Source: Trichodelitschia bisporula
Taxonomy: Eukaryota
Assembly: GCA_010356995.1 (NCBI GenBank)
Contig: ML996687.1
Coordinates: 435,803-499,802, forward strand
Length of the DNA: 64,000 bases
Reading direction: 5' to 3'
Below the pieces are notes generated by a model. The model was not told the origin of the DNA and did no database searches. It worked only from the letters and a program-made list of their open reading frames with translations. The position numbers and the translations under genes were made by a program. Positions 1 to 13,800 of this stretch are shown here, piece after piece; the first letter of the stretch is position 1; each line of letters opens with the position of its first letter.

Positions 1-2036
1 CGCGAGTTGCGCTCGATTTTCCATTGCTGTTCTTTGCCGTATCGCCAGAGGCAGAAGATCGAGGCGAGGATCACGGCGAGGCCGATTGTGAACCAGGCTC
101 CGTCGGGAACCTTGGTGAGGGCTGACGTCAAGTATAGGCCCTCAAAGGTTGAGAGGATCAGCCAGAGTGGGAGTACGAAATACCACTTGATTCGCCAGGC
201 GATGAGCGCAACAAGCGATACGAAAGTGGTGGTGATGACCGTGTCGAGGATGACGCACACGCCATATGCGTTTCCGAGTTTGGTGGTCTGAGTGCCAGCC
301 TCGTCAGCATCATCTACCAACAGCGGAGTGTCTTACATCTTTGAACACCGCCGTGACCACGATCGTGCCAATCATTAGCAGCCAGTTGGCCATAGGGATG
401 AAAACCTGGCTGTGATGTGTGCGGCTCGTATACCTGAAGCTGATGGGTGGGAAGTAGCTCGTGTTGATGACCTGAAAGAGGAGCTGGAACGTGCTTGTGA
501 TGAGAGCCTGAGAGGCAACGATTGAAGCTAAAATTGATACGATGAATGCTGGCCAAAAGAGACCATGCGGAACCGCATTGAAAAAGGGATTCGAATAGGC
601 TGAAGGGTTTCGGGATATGTACGCCGCCTGGCCGATGTAGGCCATAAGGATGCACGGATATGCCAAACAACACCACGAGATTTGAATGGCCCTGTTCCCT
701 CAGCTTGAATCTTCTAGCACACGCCTCAGAAAGTCACTCACCGTTTGGAAAAGGCCCCCAAGTCAGCGAAGAGGGCCTCAACGCCAGTAAAGGAGAGCAG
801 AATACCACCTAGTGACCTCCATGCCTTAGACTTGTTCCGAACAAAGTACAGGCCAGCAAAATATGGCGAAAAGGCTCGGAGTACGCTGTGGTCGTGCTTG
901 ACGAGGTTCTAAACTGGTCAGTTGAAATCTGCAACTCAGAACTATCGACGTACAAAGACCCCAAACGAGAAGTTAAACAGCAGCCAGACAATGATGATGG
1001 GCGCAAAGGCACCCCCTATCTTTGACACACCAATAGGCTGAATGGCGAAGAGCACCACTAGCAGCGCACACGTGATGGCGATGACAGTTGAGGTGGCCAG
1101 TTCCGGTTTCACGACACGCAGTCCTGAGAGGTCAGCTTGTTCCAAAGGCCGTAACAAGCAATTGTACCTTGGACAGCGCCTAGAATGGACTGAGCAGGGG
1201 TAATGACGCCGTCGGACATGATAAGGCTGACGCCAAAGACGGCAACGACGGAGAGAAAGCGCCGGGCCATGCTCCGACGCTCCAGGAAGCTCCTTACGGA
1301 CTTGTTTGGCGGCCGCATGTCATTGCTGCTAAAACGTTCGATTTTGATCATGTACTCTTTGCTGGGATCTTGGGATGTCCCAATGTGACTCTGATAGGTT
1401 AGTGAAGACGGGGTGGCGCGTGTAACCACTCACAAATCGGGTCAAGAGGGTGTACATGGCAAAGGTTCCGCCTAACCCATGTTAGACACGTCTGGAGCTT
1501 ATATGGACTTCATACCTTGTCCCTCGTTGTCCGCATTGAGAACGATCGTCACATACTTGATGGTTACAATGATTGTCAAAGTCCATATGATCATCGAAAG
1601 CGCCCCAACCAGATCCTCGTAGGGAGGATTCTCGTTGAACGTGGATGAGAAGACGTAGAGGGGACTTGTTCCAATATCGCCGTAAATGACGCCGGCCGAT
1701 TGATATGCTAGCCTGAATAGTAAGAACACATTCGAAAGCCGAGAATTGTTACATACAGCAAAAGTGGCCATCCCTTGTATTCCTAAGGGGCCATGTCAGT
1801 GTTGGAAAGGCACTATTTTCCCTCCTCACCTGCTTGCGCCGGAAATCTCCCTCCCGCGGGGTATCAAAATTGTCCTCATATGCAGATTCCGTATCTCCTC
1901 TCGATTCCCTGTCCCGCGACAGCGTCTTTCTCAAGGTCAGACGACTGAAATCGGGGCCCAGCTTTCGCCCCGTTGTGACCTTGGCGGCGTCAACAATCTT
2001 GATGTGCTCATTGCGAGTTTCAATCTCGTCGTCCAT
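1..2036 (-). CDS. hak1: HAK/KUP family high-affinity potassium transporter, multi-exon, 3' end outside window
   Basis: Exon translations carry KUP motifs [65 protein letters not shown]. First ATG (MDDEIE) at 2036. Several short GT-AG introns (e.g. 1783-1829, 1713-1756, 1472-1515). Confidence 0.93.
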
Positions 2037-3620
2037 GATGAACAACTGTGTTTTGGATGGGACTGCCAACTACAGGCACATGCCACTGGCCTTATATGGG
2101 CGGTCCCAAGACTCTGGGTGGCAACGGGGAATGTCGCCGCAGATGAGACCATGCCGTCGGCGCCAGATCCCTATCATTGCAGACGGCTGGACAATGGTTG
2201 GCCGGGCAATTCGTGGCGGTGAACTCTCACACAATAGAATCTAGCGATGGATTCGTCTGATGGAGGATTTGTGTTGACCCGAGATGGTGCGATATGCGGC
2301 GGCATGAACAAAATCGCGCATGTGGTACACCAATCCCTTGAACCTAGTAGCGAGCGCATGCTAGGATACTTGCTCAATTCCATAGCTATTATGAGTGGCG
2401 AGATACGTTTATAGGCTTGACGACTAGTAAGCTGATGAGAGACCGTGATATCATGAAAATGATGGTTAAAAGACAAGCAATTGGAAGCTATGCGCCAGGT
2501 CTAGGCGGAAATTGCAGTCGGTGAGGGAGTTGAAGAGAAGCCAAAATATGGAGATGTCGCAACATTCCAGGCACGCCGATGCCAGGACCTCGACCCCGCA
2601 TCAGCACAATCAAGAGTGGGGCAGCGGAGATGCCCTGTACGTCGTTACCCCAAGCTCGCCGCCGCACAAATTGCGGCGTTGCATCCGCCATCGGAGTTTA
2701 AACTCAACCACCTGCCATCCAGCACCTATCGGCTTCGACTCCAACGAACATGGATCGATACTCGACGCTAAGGGGCTCACGGTTCGCAAACCAATCCCGT
2801 CCTCATGGAGTAGTTCTCGGGAAGGTCAACATGCAAGTGCCGGCTGAGTGCAGTATGCCGGAGGTGGCGGCCCAACAGGTTTCTGATATTGATATCCAGC
2901 TTGGCGGCTTCGGTTTCCTGCGGAATGAATCGGATGAGAGGGATGCATCATGAGCAAATGCTTCGGAAGCCGCTGAATTGCGAAAGGCAGGATCCTGATG
3001 TCAGGTGGAGCTGGGCTCTTGCTGCCGCTCACCTCGCCGCTGCCGTCGAGGCTGATGACGGAGGTGTACACGGACGTCCACAGAAGAGTTGGTAGCATGC
3101 TCGGCGCTGCTGCACTGTGCCAAAGGAGTCCTAGTGGGATTGTTCGTGCGGTCGCGTCTCGTCTCATGAGATCTAGGCTCCTTTAGCAACTGAGCGGTCC
3201 CGTGGTCGATTTTCGCCATTTTTTACTTCGTGATTGAGCTCAAAGTCATCGTCCGCGTTCAGTGCATCTGGCGAGAGTGATGAATGCCATTATATCTGTT
3301 CCATCTCTTGTTGGGGCTCGCACAAGTCTTCCCAGTGACTTTGGTAAATCGCTCACATTTTACGTAGGTCCAGGTTCGAATAAGCAGTCAAAGGCCACTA
3401 CCGCCGCCCAGCAAAGCCAAGTCAAGCCAAGGGGCCGGGGAACGATGCTTATTCTCAGCGTCGGTAAATGCCTCACGACAACATCGGATGCATGCACGCC
3501 TTGTCGAGAATCGTAATGACCAGACCAGGTGAATCGCCGCGCTTCTATGTTTTGCCTCTACCTCCGTAAACCAGCCGCCAACAAAATGTCCTCTTGTTCC
3601 TCAAAGCGCCACGCTCAAAC

Positions 3621-6600
3621 CTATTCATGGGTATCACAATCACATGTCCCCTGCAAGCACCTCCCCGCCGAGCGCACCCAAACCGGCTCCCCATGCTCAT
3701 CCCGAATCAGACCCAACTGATCATACGCAATAACATACTGCTCCGAAACCTGCCATTGTGGCGTCTCCTTCATGGGGCGCCACTTGAGCCTCGAGCTGCG
3801 CTTCGGTGCGTCAATTTTGACTGGTCGCGCATTTCGCGCCAACCCCGCCAACGCCTCCACGCCTCTGAGCCCCTCGCGTCGCCGTTCGCGCGCCTCCGCC
3901 TCCGCACGCCCAGCGGGCTTGCCTAACGGCTGCCCAAGCCAGGCGTCGCGCACGGCCTGCTCCTCAGCCTTGGCCCGGCGGGCCAGTATGCGGAGGTAGC
4001 TATTCGCGCTTTCCAGCGCGCGCATCTCGGCGCGCAGGGTCTCAACTTCAACAACGCTGCCGCCGCTGGGAGTGGGGTCATCGCCCTCGCGCTCGAGGGC
4101 CTGCATCTCGGCGGCGCGGCGCGCCCAGCGGTCACGCTCCTCCTCCACCCGCGCTGCGAGCTTCATGTGTTCCTCGAGCGCATGCTCGAGTCGCGCTTTA
4201 TGCCCTGATGCGGCTGAGGCGGCGGCTTCGAGTTCGGCGATGCGCTTTACCTTCGCCGCGACGTCGCGGGTGCGGGCTTCGAGCATCTCGATTTTGACGT
4301 TTGATTCTTCCAGCGTTTGGTCGCGGAGTTTGAGGGCCGTCGCGCGCTCCGTGATTTCCCGGCGCAGGGTCGCGATTTGCGCTTCTGCGTCTACGGAGAC
4401 GATTTTGCTGGCTGCCAGCTCCTTGGAGCGGAGGACCCATGGTGGTGGGGGGCGCTCGAATTCGTGTGTCATAGAGAGGTCTGAGGCTAATCCATTGAGC
4501 GCCGCCAAGCGCTCTACCAGCGACCGGAGATAGCCGATGTAAGGCATGAAAATATCCGTGTCAGAGGTTTTGAAGTGTGAGGTGTTGAAGTTGCGAATGG
4601 TGCTGACGAGGTCGGAGAATGTTAGCTCGGTGGCGCGACCCTCCTCGCCGAGAGTCTCGAGAAGTGCAGCGCCCATAAGGCGCAACGACGTGGTGAGGTC
4701 CTGAGTGATCGTCTGCGATGATTCAAATGTGGATTTAGCGTCCGTCGTGAGGGTTAGGCTGCGAGCCTTGAGCTCCTCCAAAGAGCGCAAAATCTTGCCG
4801 ACGACGACCTTGACACTGCGTGATTGAGTAACGAAGGCATCGGCCTTGCGGGCAAAGGATGAGACTTCATCGTCGCCGTCTTCAGATGGCGGTGTCGCGC
4901 GGACGACCTCCTTCTTGATGATAGACAGCGCCGCAGCTGTGGTCTCGAGGTTGCTTTGCATCAAGTTGGTTTTCATGAGGATTTCCTCGGCATAACTCTC
5001 CAGATTGTCGCGCAAGTGGAGTTCAGCGAGATGAGTCATGACCGCAATCGACCTCTGCAAGCCATCTGTGACCTGCGACTCCCGCAGCTCGTCCTTCCGG
5101 AGATTATCGATGTAGGCATTGAGAGTGCGCTCGACCGGTTCAAGTTCGTACAGAGCGCCCTCAAACTTGCCAAACTGCTCTAGCGAACATGAATATATGC
5201 CGTTCGCGAAGCGTTCACACATCGCGGAGATCCAAGTTAGCTTGTCCAAGGCATCACAAGCTGCAAGAAGCTGCTCGCCCTGAGCATGGGGACCCGGGGA
5301 GCCGAGGCGCTCCTTGACAAAGCTGTGCAAGAGCCGGGCTTTGAAGCCAATGCGTCTGAAGCGAAGTAGAGCAAGCACGGAATCTCGTTCTGCTTGGAAG
5401 ACCTCGGGCAAGAAGAGCTGGACGATGGCCAGGTGCTGCGAAGCTTCATGGGCCTCCATACGGCGCAACTCCAAGTCGATGGTCTTGATTTTGGTACTCA
5501 TGGCCGAGTCCTGGAGCTGCTTGTTCAGGTCCATCATGGCACGTGAATGATTTGCAAGCTCCTGCGCTTCAGATTCCGTAATTTCCTTGGAGGCCCGCAT
5601 GTCTTCGAGGTCTGACTGCAGATTGGTGACGAGCTCGCGGAATCGTGAAATGGTGTACTCCCGATCAACCAGGTCATCTTCATGCTGAGCAGCGCGTCTG
5701 GCTTGCTCTGCAATGAGGGAATCTTTGTAGTCAATGACTTCCTGAAGCTGCTTCTCATGCTCAACGTGTTGAATCTCCAGCTCGTCATTCAGGTCCTTCA
5801 AGTCCTGCAGGTCTTCGACCGTGTTACGGAGATCTTCGACCTGCTCAGCGAGGGAGAGATTTTTATCAGTGAGCTGTTCAATCATAGCTTCGGCGCCTAG
5901 GGCCGCATCCAGCTGTTCGCGTAGGTCTTCAATCTCAGCTTCTTGCTCGAGGACGCGTGTCTTGGTTTCGTCGTAAGTTCCCTTCAGCTTCGCCAACTCT
6001 TGGCTGTCCTCCTCCAGCGACTCAATTTCGGCTTTCAGGGTGGCTTCCTGCTCATGTGACCAGTCTCTCAGTCTCAGCAAAGCGTCTCGCAGCCGCTCGT
6101 TCTCGCGTTGCATCTGCATCCAGCCTTGAGTGGCACGCTCTTCCGGGCTCATGTCCTTGCTAAGCTCTTCATTCTCCTCTCGCAAAATCTCATTTTCGAG
6201 CTCCATTTCTTCCATCTTCGCCTGCAACGCGTCCAGCTCCGCCTTGTAGGCCTCCGCTTTCTCTTCTGCCATCTCGCGGTCCAGCGCAGCCATTTCCAAA
6301 ATAGTGTCATGTTCGGCCTGGATTCCTTCAATTTGTTCAAACTGTGCCGCGGAGTCTTTGAGCTGCCTGCGGAGCTCATTGCATTCATGCGTCTGCGTCT
6401 GGTATTTGCCCTGCAACTTCGTAATCACAGCCTCATACCGATCGACCTTTTCCTGGAGCTCATCGATGTTCTTCAGCCGGTCACGATCCTCGCCACGCTT
6501 CTTCTCCATTACCCGGAGCTTTGCCTGGAGCTCTTCCACTTGCTTGTTTGGTTGTGCTACACCTCGTGGACCAAGGGAGGAAGTGAGCTGGGGGGCAGAA

Positions 6601-7289
6601 GGTGTTGGCTTCGGAGGGGGCGGTCTACTGCTAGAGCCAGAGGATCCAGGGCTGAGGACACGATCGATACTAGGCGAAGGGCTATGCGTTTTCGGTGGTG
6701 ATCTAAGACCCGGGCGGGCTGGGCCACCAAGAGCGAAGGGACCAGCAAGGGACATTCTAGGACCTTTCTTCGGGCTGAGATCGCGGGGAGCAAGGGATTG
6801 GCGACTCTTCGTAATCGTGGAAGAAGGCGGCGCCATGGACATTCTTTTGCTAGGAGCCCCGGGCTTCGTGGCCCCGGGAGCAGCACTTATAGAAGCACGC
6901 TTGTTCGCCAGTCCACCGGGGCCGCTGATGCTCGGCCGCGGACCACGAGAAGTTGTAGAGGTAGATGATATGCTGACTGGGCGGCTTGCGGGAGGACGCA
7001 TGCCTCCCGTCGCCGGAGCTTTGCCATTGTTTTTAGGAGCAGGTGGTTCGGGTTTGGGTTGTTCGAGAATTTGAATTGAAGGGAGGGGTCGCATGAACAT
7101 GCCATGGTTCGGGGGGCAGTCGAAGTACTGTTCGCCCTGGACGCTGCCATCATTCTTCCCGGTAGGCTCGGCGAGCTCGACACCGAGCCAATCTCCCTCC
7201 TTGAAGGACGTAGGACCGAAAAAGCGCACTATGCCGGTACGACCGTCGGCGAGGAGGACACGCTGGCCGACCTTAAAGGGGGCAGCCAT
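3621..7289 (-). CDS. ro-3: Dynactin p150-Glued subunit (CAP-Gly + coiled coil + dynactin domain), intronless, ~1222 aa
   Basis: CAP-Gly domain (WLGVELAEPTGKNDGSVQGEQYF) directly after MAAPFKVG at 7289, then a basic S/P-rich region and long coiled coils (EMAALDREMAEEKAE, QRENERLRDALLRLRD). Confidence 0.95.
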   Translation of the reverse strand: MAAPFKVGQRVLLADGRTGIVRFFGPTSFKEGDWLGVELAEPTGKNDGSVQGEQYFDCPPNHGMFMRPLPSIQILEQPKPEPPAPKNNGKAPATGGMRPPASRPVSISSTSTTSRGPRPSISGPGGLANKRASISAAPGATKPGAPSKRMSMAPPSSTITKSRQSLAPRDLSPKKGPRMSLAGPFALGGPARPGLRSPPKTHSPSPSIDRVLSPGSSGSSSRPPPPKPTPSAPQLTSSLGPRGVAQPNKQVEELQAKLRVMEKKRGEDRDRLKNIDELQEKVDRYEAVITKLQGKYQTQTHECNELRRQLKDSAAQFEQIEGIQAEHDTILEMAALDREMAEEKAEAYKAELDALQAKMEEMELENEILREENEELSKDMSPEERATQGWMQMQRENERLRDALLRLRDWSHEQEATLKAEIESLEEDSQELAKLKGTYDETKTRVLEQEAEIEDLREQLDAALGAEAMIEQLTDKNLSLAEQVEDLRNTVEDLQDLKDLNDELEIQHVEHEKQLQEVIDYKDSLIAEQARRAAQHEDDLVDREYTISRFRELVTNLQSDLEDMRASKEITESEAQELANHSRAMMDLNKQLQDSAMSTKIKTIDLELRRMEAHEASQHLAIVQLFLPEVFQAERDSVLALLRFRRIGFKARLLHSFVKERLGSPGPHAQGEQLLAACDALDKLTWISAMCERFANGIYSCSLEQFGKFEGALYELEPVERTLNAYIDNLRKDELRESQVTDGLQRSIAVMTHLAELHLRDNLESYAEEILMKTNLMQSNLETTAAALSIIKKEVVRATPPSEDGDDEVSSFARKADAFVTQSRSVKVVVGKILRSLEELKARSLTLTTDAKSTFESSQTITQDLTTSLRLMGAALLETLGEEGRATELTFSDLVSTIRNFNTSHFKTSDTDIFMPYIGYLRSLVERLAALNGLASDLSMTHEFERPPPPWVLRSKELAASKIVSVDAEAQIATLRREITERATALKLRDQTLEESNVKIEMLEARTRDVAAKVKRIAELEAAASAASGHKARLEHALEEHMKLAARVEEERDRWARRAAEMQALEREGDDPTPSGGSVVEVETLRAEMRALESANSYLRILARRAKAEEQAVRDAWLGQPLGKPAGRAEAEARERRREGLRGVEALAGLARNARPVKIDAPKRSSRLKWRPMKETPQWQVSEQYVIAYDQLGLIRDEHGEPVWVRSAGRCLQGTCDCDTHE

Positions 7290-7716
7290 TGTGGAAGAAC
7301 CGGTGGGGTTTCGGAGGAAGTAGAAAAGAATTAAGCGGACAACCCGCTGGCCGCCACGCTGAGAGCAGTAATAAACATCAGTTTTGCTGGTAGTTGGGAG
7401 GACAGAAGCTGGGGAAGCCGGAGAGGTAAGATCCGAAGTCACAAAGCGAGCCCGGAGAAGCTCTTGTGCCTCAGTGTTTAGCACCGCGTCGCGTGGTGGC
7501 CCGTGCATTCACTGCCTGCCTGTGGCATCAAAGCCCGCCAAGATTTCCCACACTTTAAGGTTATCGATAAACATTTGGGGCGCATCGTCAACTTCATTTT
7601 GCCCCTCCGCGACATTCCCCCCGCTACTCGCTTCACGTCTCCCCAACCGCACTATCTTCAATCTGGCGAATTTATCTCTCCCATTTAGATTCAAAGCCGG
7701 TGCTTCAACCCCCAAT
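7290..7716. promoter_or_regulatory. Short divergent (bidirectional) promoter between dynactin and TSR1
   Basis: 427 bp separate two head-to-head start codons. Confidence 0.6.
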
Positions 7717-10189
7717 ATGGCGCCTGTCGTCACCCAGACGCATTCGCATCGCAGCACCACCAAGCAGACCCACAAGTCCTTCAAATCCAAGTTTGCAAGC
7801 AAGAGTGCGCTGAAAGAGCGATCCAAAGGTGCATAGATACATGCAGTCGATAAATGAAGCGCTAATGTTTTGTGCAGGAAAAATCGATCTCGGCGTTCGT
7901 AGCACGCCCCACCAGCAGACGCTGTCCAAGCTTGCGCGCCGGAACCAGGCCAAGCAGAAACGCCTTACGACACACGCTTCACACGTCCGAGCTGCGTCTA
8001 TATTCACCGGCTTGAACCCAGCTCCTCGCATCGTTGCCGTGGTTGGATTGTCATCAGATGTCTCCCCCGCTGCGGCAATCCGGAGTTTGTTGGCTGGTGT
8101 CGAGGCGGAGGAGGGCGTTCTTGTTCCCGAGACGGGATGCGTGAAAGTGAACGTTGAACGCTTCAAGCAGAACATCACATGGGTGCCCGTAAGCCGTGAT
8201 AATGGCATCTTCGGTGTCCTCGATGCGTGCCGGGTGGCGGACTTCGTTGTCCTCGTCCTGGCTGCCAATCAAGAGGCGGACACCTTTGGACAAGAGATTA
8301 TCAAGTGCGCAGAAAGCCAGGGCATATCAAATGTCCTAGCTACGGCCCAGGGACTGGAGGCAATTGAGAATCCTAAGAAGAGGTCACAGGCAGCTGCTTC
8401 GTTGAAGGCATACATCAACCACTTCTTCCCGGCAGTCGAGAAGGTTAACTCTCTCGAATCGCGGCAAGAGGCACTGAATGTGGTGCGTACGCTTTGCACA
8501 GTGCTGCCGAAGGGTGTCCGGTGGAGGGAGGACCGCAGCTGGATGTTCGCGGAGGAGGTCAGGTGGCTTTCCCCTGCAGGGTCAGGAGAGTCACAGGTTG
8601 TGGTCACCGGAGTCGTGCGAGGAAAGAACTTGAAGGCGGACAGACTGGTGCAAATCGGAGACTGGGGAGCTTTCCAGATCAGCAAGATCACGGCTGCTCC
8701 TCATGAGGCGAGCAGGAAGGGGAAAGGCTCAGCAATGGCAATCGACGCGGAAGGCCAGGACGCGGTTTTGGATCAGCCGACGGAAGATCGCGATACTCTT
8801 GATGAGCTGGCCCCGGAAGAGATTGTCATGGAGGATGTGGACAATTACACTCCTTCCATGGCTACGACAAATCAGAAGGGTGTCCTTTTGGACGATCATC
8901 ATTACTTCTCCGATGAGGAGACTCGCCTACCTGACAGGCAAGCCAAGCGGATACCGAAGGGCACGTCCAAGTACCAGTCCGCGTGGTACGTCGAAGACGT
9001 GTCCGATTCCGGTTCAGACCTGGAAGACATTACCGACGACATGGAAGACTTCATCGCCGATCCGGGCCGGGCCGACACAGTCGCCGATGTCGACATGGAC
9101 GCCTTCACCGAAGGCGGACCATCCGATTATCCGCAGTCAGAAGCCTTCCTCGACCCATCCCCCGCCGACGAAGCAGATCAAATCGCCGCCTACCGCAATG
9201 CGCGCAATGCGCGCAAAGAAGAAGCAAACGATGACCTCGAGTTCCCCGATGAAATCGAGCTGCCCCCCAACGCCCTCGCCCGCGACCGCCTCGCGAAGTA
9301 CCGCGGCCTTAAGAGCCTGAAGACCAGCGCCTGGAACACCGAGGAAGACGCGGCCTACGAGCCGTCCGAATGGCGCCGCCTTCTCGAAATCGCCGACTAC
9401 CGTGGCGCGAAGAATCGTGTCCTCCGCGAAGCGCTCGTCGGTGGTGTCGCGCCTGGCACGCGTGTGCATGTCTACCTCACTGGTGTACCGGCTGACCTGG
9501 CCCGCACTTACAACCCTGCGCAGCCTCTCGCCCTCTTCTCCCTCCTGCGTCACGAGCACAAGCACACAGCCGTGAACTATAGCTTGAACCTAAGCAGCAG
9601 CCTTACGGAGCCGCTGCGCTCCAAGGCTGAACTTGTGGTCCAATGCGGGCCCCGGCGCTTTGTAGTCAACCCCTTGTTCTCAAATGCAGACAAGACACCC
9701 AACGACGTGCACAAGTTCAACCGCTACGTGCACCCAGGCCGCAGCGCAATGGCCTCCTGGACCGGACCGCTGACATGGGGTTCCGTACCAGCACTCTACT
9801 TCGTCCGCAGCCCTGAGACCGGTACGCTGACGCTCGTCGGCACGGGGACGAGTCTACCGCCCAGCCACACCCGCGTCATCGCCAAGCGCGTCATCCTCAC
9901 AGGCCATCCATACAAGATCCACAAGCGTGTCGTCACGGTGCGGTACATGTTCTTCAACGCGGAGGACGTGGCGTGGTTCAAGGCGCTGCAGCTGTGGACG
10001 AAGCGCGGCCGGATTGGCACGGTTAAGGAGAGCCTCGGCACGCATGGGTATTTCAAGGCGGCGTTTGATGGGCCGATTAACCCGATGGATGCGGTGGCTG
10101 TCAGCTTGTATAAGCGGGTTTGGCCGAAGCAGGCGAGGGTTTGGAGGAAGGAGGGCGAGGGCGGGGTGCCGGAGTTGGTTATGGGTTAG
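7717..10189 (+). CDS. TSR1: Pre-40S ribosome biogenesis factor TSR1 (AARP2CN/BMS1-TSR1 family)
   Basis: Exon 1 7717-7828 (MAPVVTQTHSHRSTTKQTHKSFKSK), intron 7829-7877, then LDACRVADFVVLV, PKGTSKYQSAW, LEFPDEIEL, KYRGLKSL, GTHGYFKAAFD, LYKRVWP. Confidence 0.95.
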
Positions 10190-10837
10190 GGGAGTGGATG
10201 GACGGTGGGACTTTCCGGAGCATCGAGTCCATCGGTGGCATAGATAGACATGAATAACGACGTTTTCGTGCGAGATCTACTCCTTTCTCCCAGTAACTGT
10301 GAATTAGCTGCCCGGTCCACCGAGCTCTGGGTACCGTGTTTTCAGCCCTATGGCAAGGCTGGAAGCTAGCGTCGTCGCGTGGCGTGGTGTGGCTGCGGGA
10401 GGCGTATTCCAGATCGGCACAAGGCATAAAGGCTGCCCAAGTTCACGTAGATCGATCGGAGCATGTTCACACACAGATGTAAATACGATTGGTTTCTTCT
10501 TGCGAGCTTTATGCCAGTCTTTTCAAACAATGACCGCCATGCCCAGATGCCCCATGCCCATGCACACTTACAAACAAGCCGCTTTTCTCCTCAAAGGAAG
10601 TCTTCAACACTCTACCCTACACCAAAAACCGAAAAAGCACCTTTCTGATGGTGGTGTGGTAACCTCGCTCCTGATCTTGCTCTTGCTCTTTCGTGTCGTA
10701 TGCCCGTTTCCATACAAGTCATCCTCGCTGCTTTCCCGCTGTGCATGCAATCCCACGCCCCGTCTTGCCGTCTATCGTAGTGCCCAAAAGCATATTTCAT
10801 CTCACGTTCCTACGCCATCACCCACTTGCACCCAACC

Positions 10838-13800
10838 CTAGCCCCCATCCCCCTCCGCGCCCGCCCCCTTACACCACGGATGCTCCAAAACCTCCCCAAT
10901 CGTAATCCGCTGATCCACATCCCGATTAAGCATCAAACGCACAAGGTCAATACTCGCATCGCTAACCACATACGGCACGCGCAAGTCGTGGTCCATGATC
11001 TCGTCAATGCTGTAGAACGGGTTCTCCTTGTAGATGATCGTGTACAGCAAGATACCGAGCGCCCACACGTCCTGCTCTTTGCCGCGGTAGGACTGGCCGC
11101 CGAGGACTTCGGGCGCGGCGTAGTCTGCTGCACGTTAGCTAATGGATGGGAGGGGGAAGGGGAGGGGGAGTACAGACGCAACGTACCTATCGTCCCGACA
11201 AAGACGTCAAACGGCCCGTTCTTGATGTACGCCGCGCTGCCGAAGTCGATGAGCTTGATATTCCCCTCGCCGTCGAGGATGACGTTCTCATCCTTGATGT
11301 CGCGATGCACGACCTTGGCGCGGATATGCAAGTGCCACACCGCCTCCGCGACCTGGACGAAGATCTTGCGACACTCCGCCTCCTCCATATTAACCCTCAG
11401 CTCGATATAATCGAACAGATCCATGCCAGGAAGTCCATGCGGCACCATCTCAATGTAATAGTTAGTATCATCCTCGAAGAAATCCGCCATCTCCACGATA
11501 TTCTGGTGTCGCAGGCCATCTCTCCGCAAGTAGTCCAGCACATGGATCTCCAGCGGCACCGTGCCGAGTCGGCGATCCCGCGTCCACGTGTCGACTAGAA
11601 TTCGCCGCTTGGTCACGTATTTGATGACGACTTTCCGCGCGTTGCCCCGCCGGTATCGGCATAGCTTGACCTGGCCGTATGCGCCTTGGCCCATGTCTTC
11701 CAGCACGACAAAGTCGTTGATCGTCTTCTTGCGCCCGTCATTGTCGGGTTCGGGACTGGGATCCCGCGTGCGCACTTCCCCGCCCGGCGACAGCGTCGTC
11801 GCTGCCAGCTGCTCCGTCAACAGGCTGGTCCGGACCTGCGACTGTGGCGTCTCGTGCGGATGCTGCGTCTCATCGGGAGGGGGGAGGACGTTCGTCAGCT
11901 GGCCGGGAGACGGCTGGTGGGGCGGCGTAGAGGGGCGCGATATACGCGGCGTCACGGGCCCGACGCCATGGTTCGCCGCATGCATCTGCCGCGAGTAGGT
12001 GATCCATAAGGCGTAAACGACCTCAGAGTGCGGGTTCGACTGCGTCAAGCCCACGGGCTCGTCCTCGTCGACTTCGACCAGGACCTGCTCGTCCGAAGTC
12101 CGGACCGTCTTATCGGTGCTCTTGACCACGCGCATCTGGACATCAACCATGATTTCCGATCCATCGCGGTGGAGAGCGGGGAGACCCGACGGCCGCAGGA
12201 AGAGCGCGGCGTCGGCTTTGCCTTCGCGCATGGCGAGGAGGGCGCGGGCGCGCCGGAAGCTGTGCTCCGGGATGACGATGCCGTCGACGAGGCGGATTTT
12301 GTCTTCATCCGTCATCAGCCGCAAAACGCGGTCGAAGCCCGGCAGCACCTGATTGATGTGGAGGCCTTCCGGGTGCGCCTGGCCGAAGAGAGCGGCTGAA
12401 AAGACCGTGTTCGAGCTGGAGATATGCAGCGTTTGGCTGTTGACCACCATGATGCCGGCGATGTGCGGGAAGCTGGATACGCGGAAGGTCGGTGATCCGG
12501 AGAGCTGGTCTACCGTGACGGGGACATTGATGGTATTTGAGGTGCGGGCGGTAAATGTGCGCAACTCCGAGATGAGGTCGTAATCGAGCGCGCCGGTGTT
12601 CGTTCCCACAATGCGCGGAATCGAAGGAATGAGTCGCTGAAGGTCCATGCCAGGCCGCACACGTTCATTGCCCCACACAGCCTCAGTCGCGCCCTTGACT
12701 TTGGAAACACATCCAACCTCGTCGACGCTGACGTACACAATATCCTCGGCAATCTCTTCCAGTACCCAGATCAGGCCGCCCTTTTTTTCCTTGACCCACA
12801 AACTTGCCGACCCCAGGGCTCCGTTACGCTTCTGAATTGGCACCACATCACCACAGAGTAGCACACCTCTCGACTTGGTGGCCGTGTGCCCGGGACCTCC
12901 CCGCTTGCTTCGCGCCGTGTAGCTCGATCCAATCCCATCGTCCGTTTGCGATCGTCGCTTTGACGCCGCCGACTGCCGCGAAGAGGGTTTGCTGAGCAAG
13001 CGCGCCGTGATCCCGTTGCCTACATTCAGGCTTGTCGTGCTATTGGGGCTAGCGCGCTGGCTTTGACTGTAGACACCCTTCCCTTTGAGCGACCCTCCCT
13101 CAGGATCCCGCAACTTCTCCTCCAACCACTTGCGCCGCTCCGGCCGCACCACCTCCAAGATGCCCAGTTTGCGCACTTCAGCGCGCGTCACGCCAAAGAC
13201 GAGACACGCAAGATCGTTGGCAGCGGTGATAGTCCACGGCGCCGTGGCCTCAGTTGTGAAGATAGCCTGAGCAGCAGGAACCCAACGATTTCCGTGGCCG
13301 TGGGCGAGAGGAGCGTGGCTCACCCCGGGGGGGATGATGGGTGGGGCGGAGGTCGTAACCGCCATGGCGCTGACATTGTCGTTGACGGAGAAAGGTTGCG
13401 CCAGAGTATCTGTAAGCTTCGCCGCGAGCGAAAAGTCATCCACATCCGTGAGAGTACGCTTCAGAAGTGACCGGGACTGGGTAGTTTCCATACGCTCGCC
13501 TGCATCGCCTGTCGTTGTCGCCTGCGCTATGGACGCAAGTGTTGTTTCTCCTTCTACACGGGTAGCGCCGTCGTTGCTGCCAGAGACCATACGCATCTTC
13601 CTGGCAAAGTGCTCAGGGTCGTGGGGTGGCGAAAGGGGCGATTCCGATTCCAGGCTAACGGGAGATTCCGAGCGCGGGATCGCGAAACTGCGATCGAACA
13701 CGTTACCCGAGGCCAGATCTGCGGGGCCGGTGATGGACCCTGACCGACCGTAAAGTCCGTGATGGCGACCAATGGGTTCCGGGTCCTCAGTGCCAATGAG

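Noticed and set aside
2488..3516. Several 60-113 aa ORFs between the HAK transporter and dynactin
   Set aside because: No motifs or convincing splice structure; probably promoter and UTR sequence.
7290..7508. 73-codon upstream extension of the dynactin ORF
   Set aside because: It has no domain character, the CAP-Gly domain starts right after the ATG at 7289, and the extension runs through the shared promoter.
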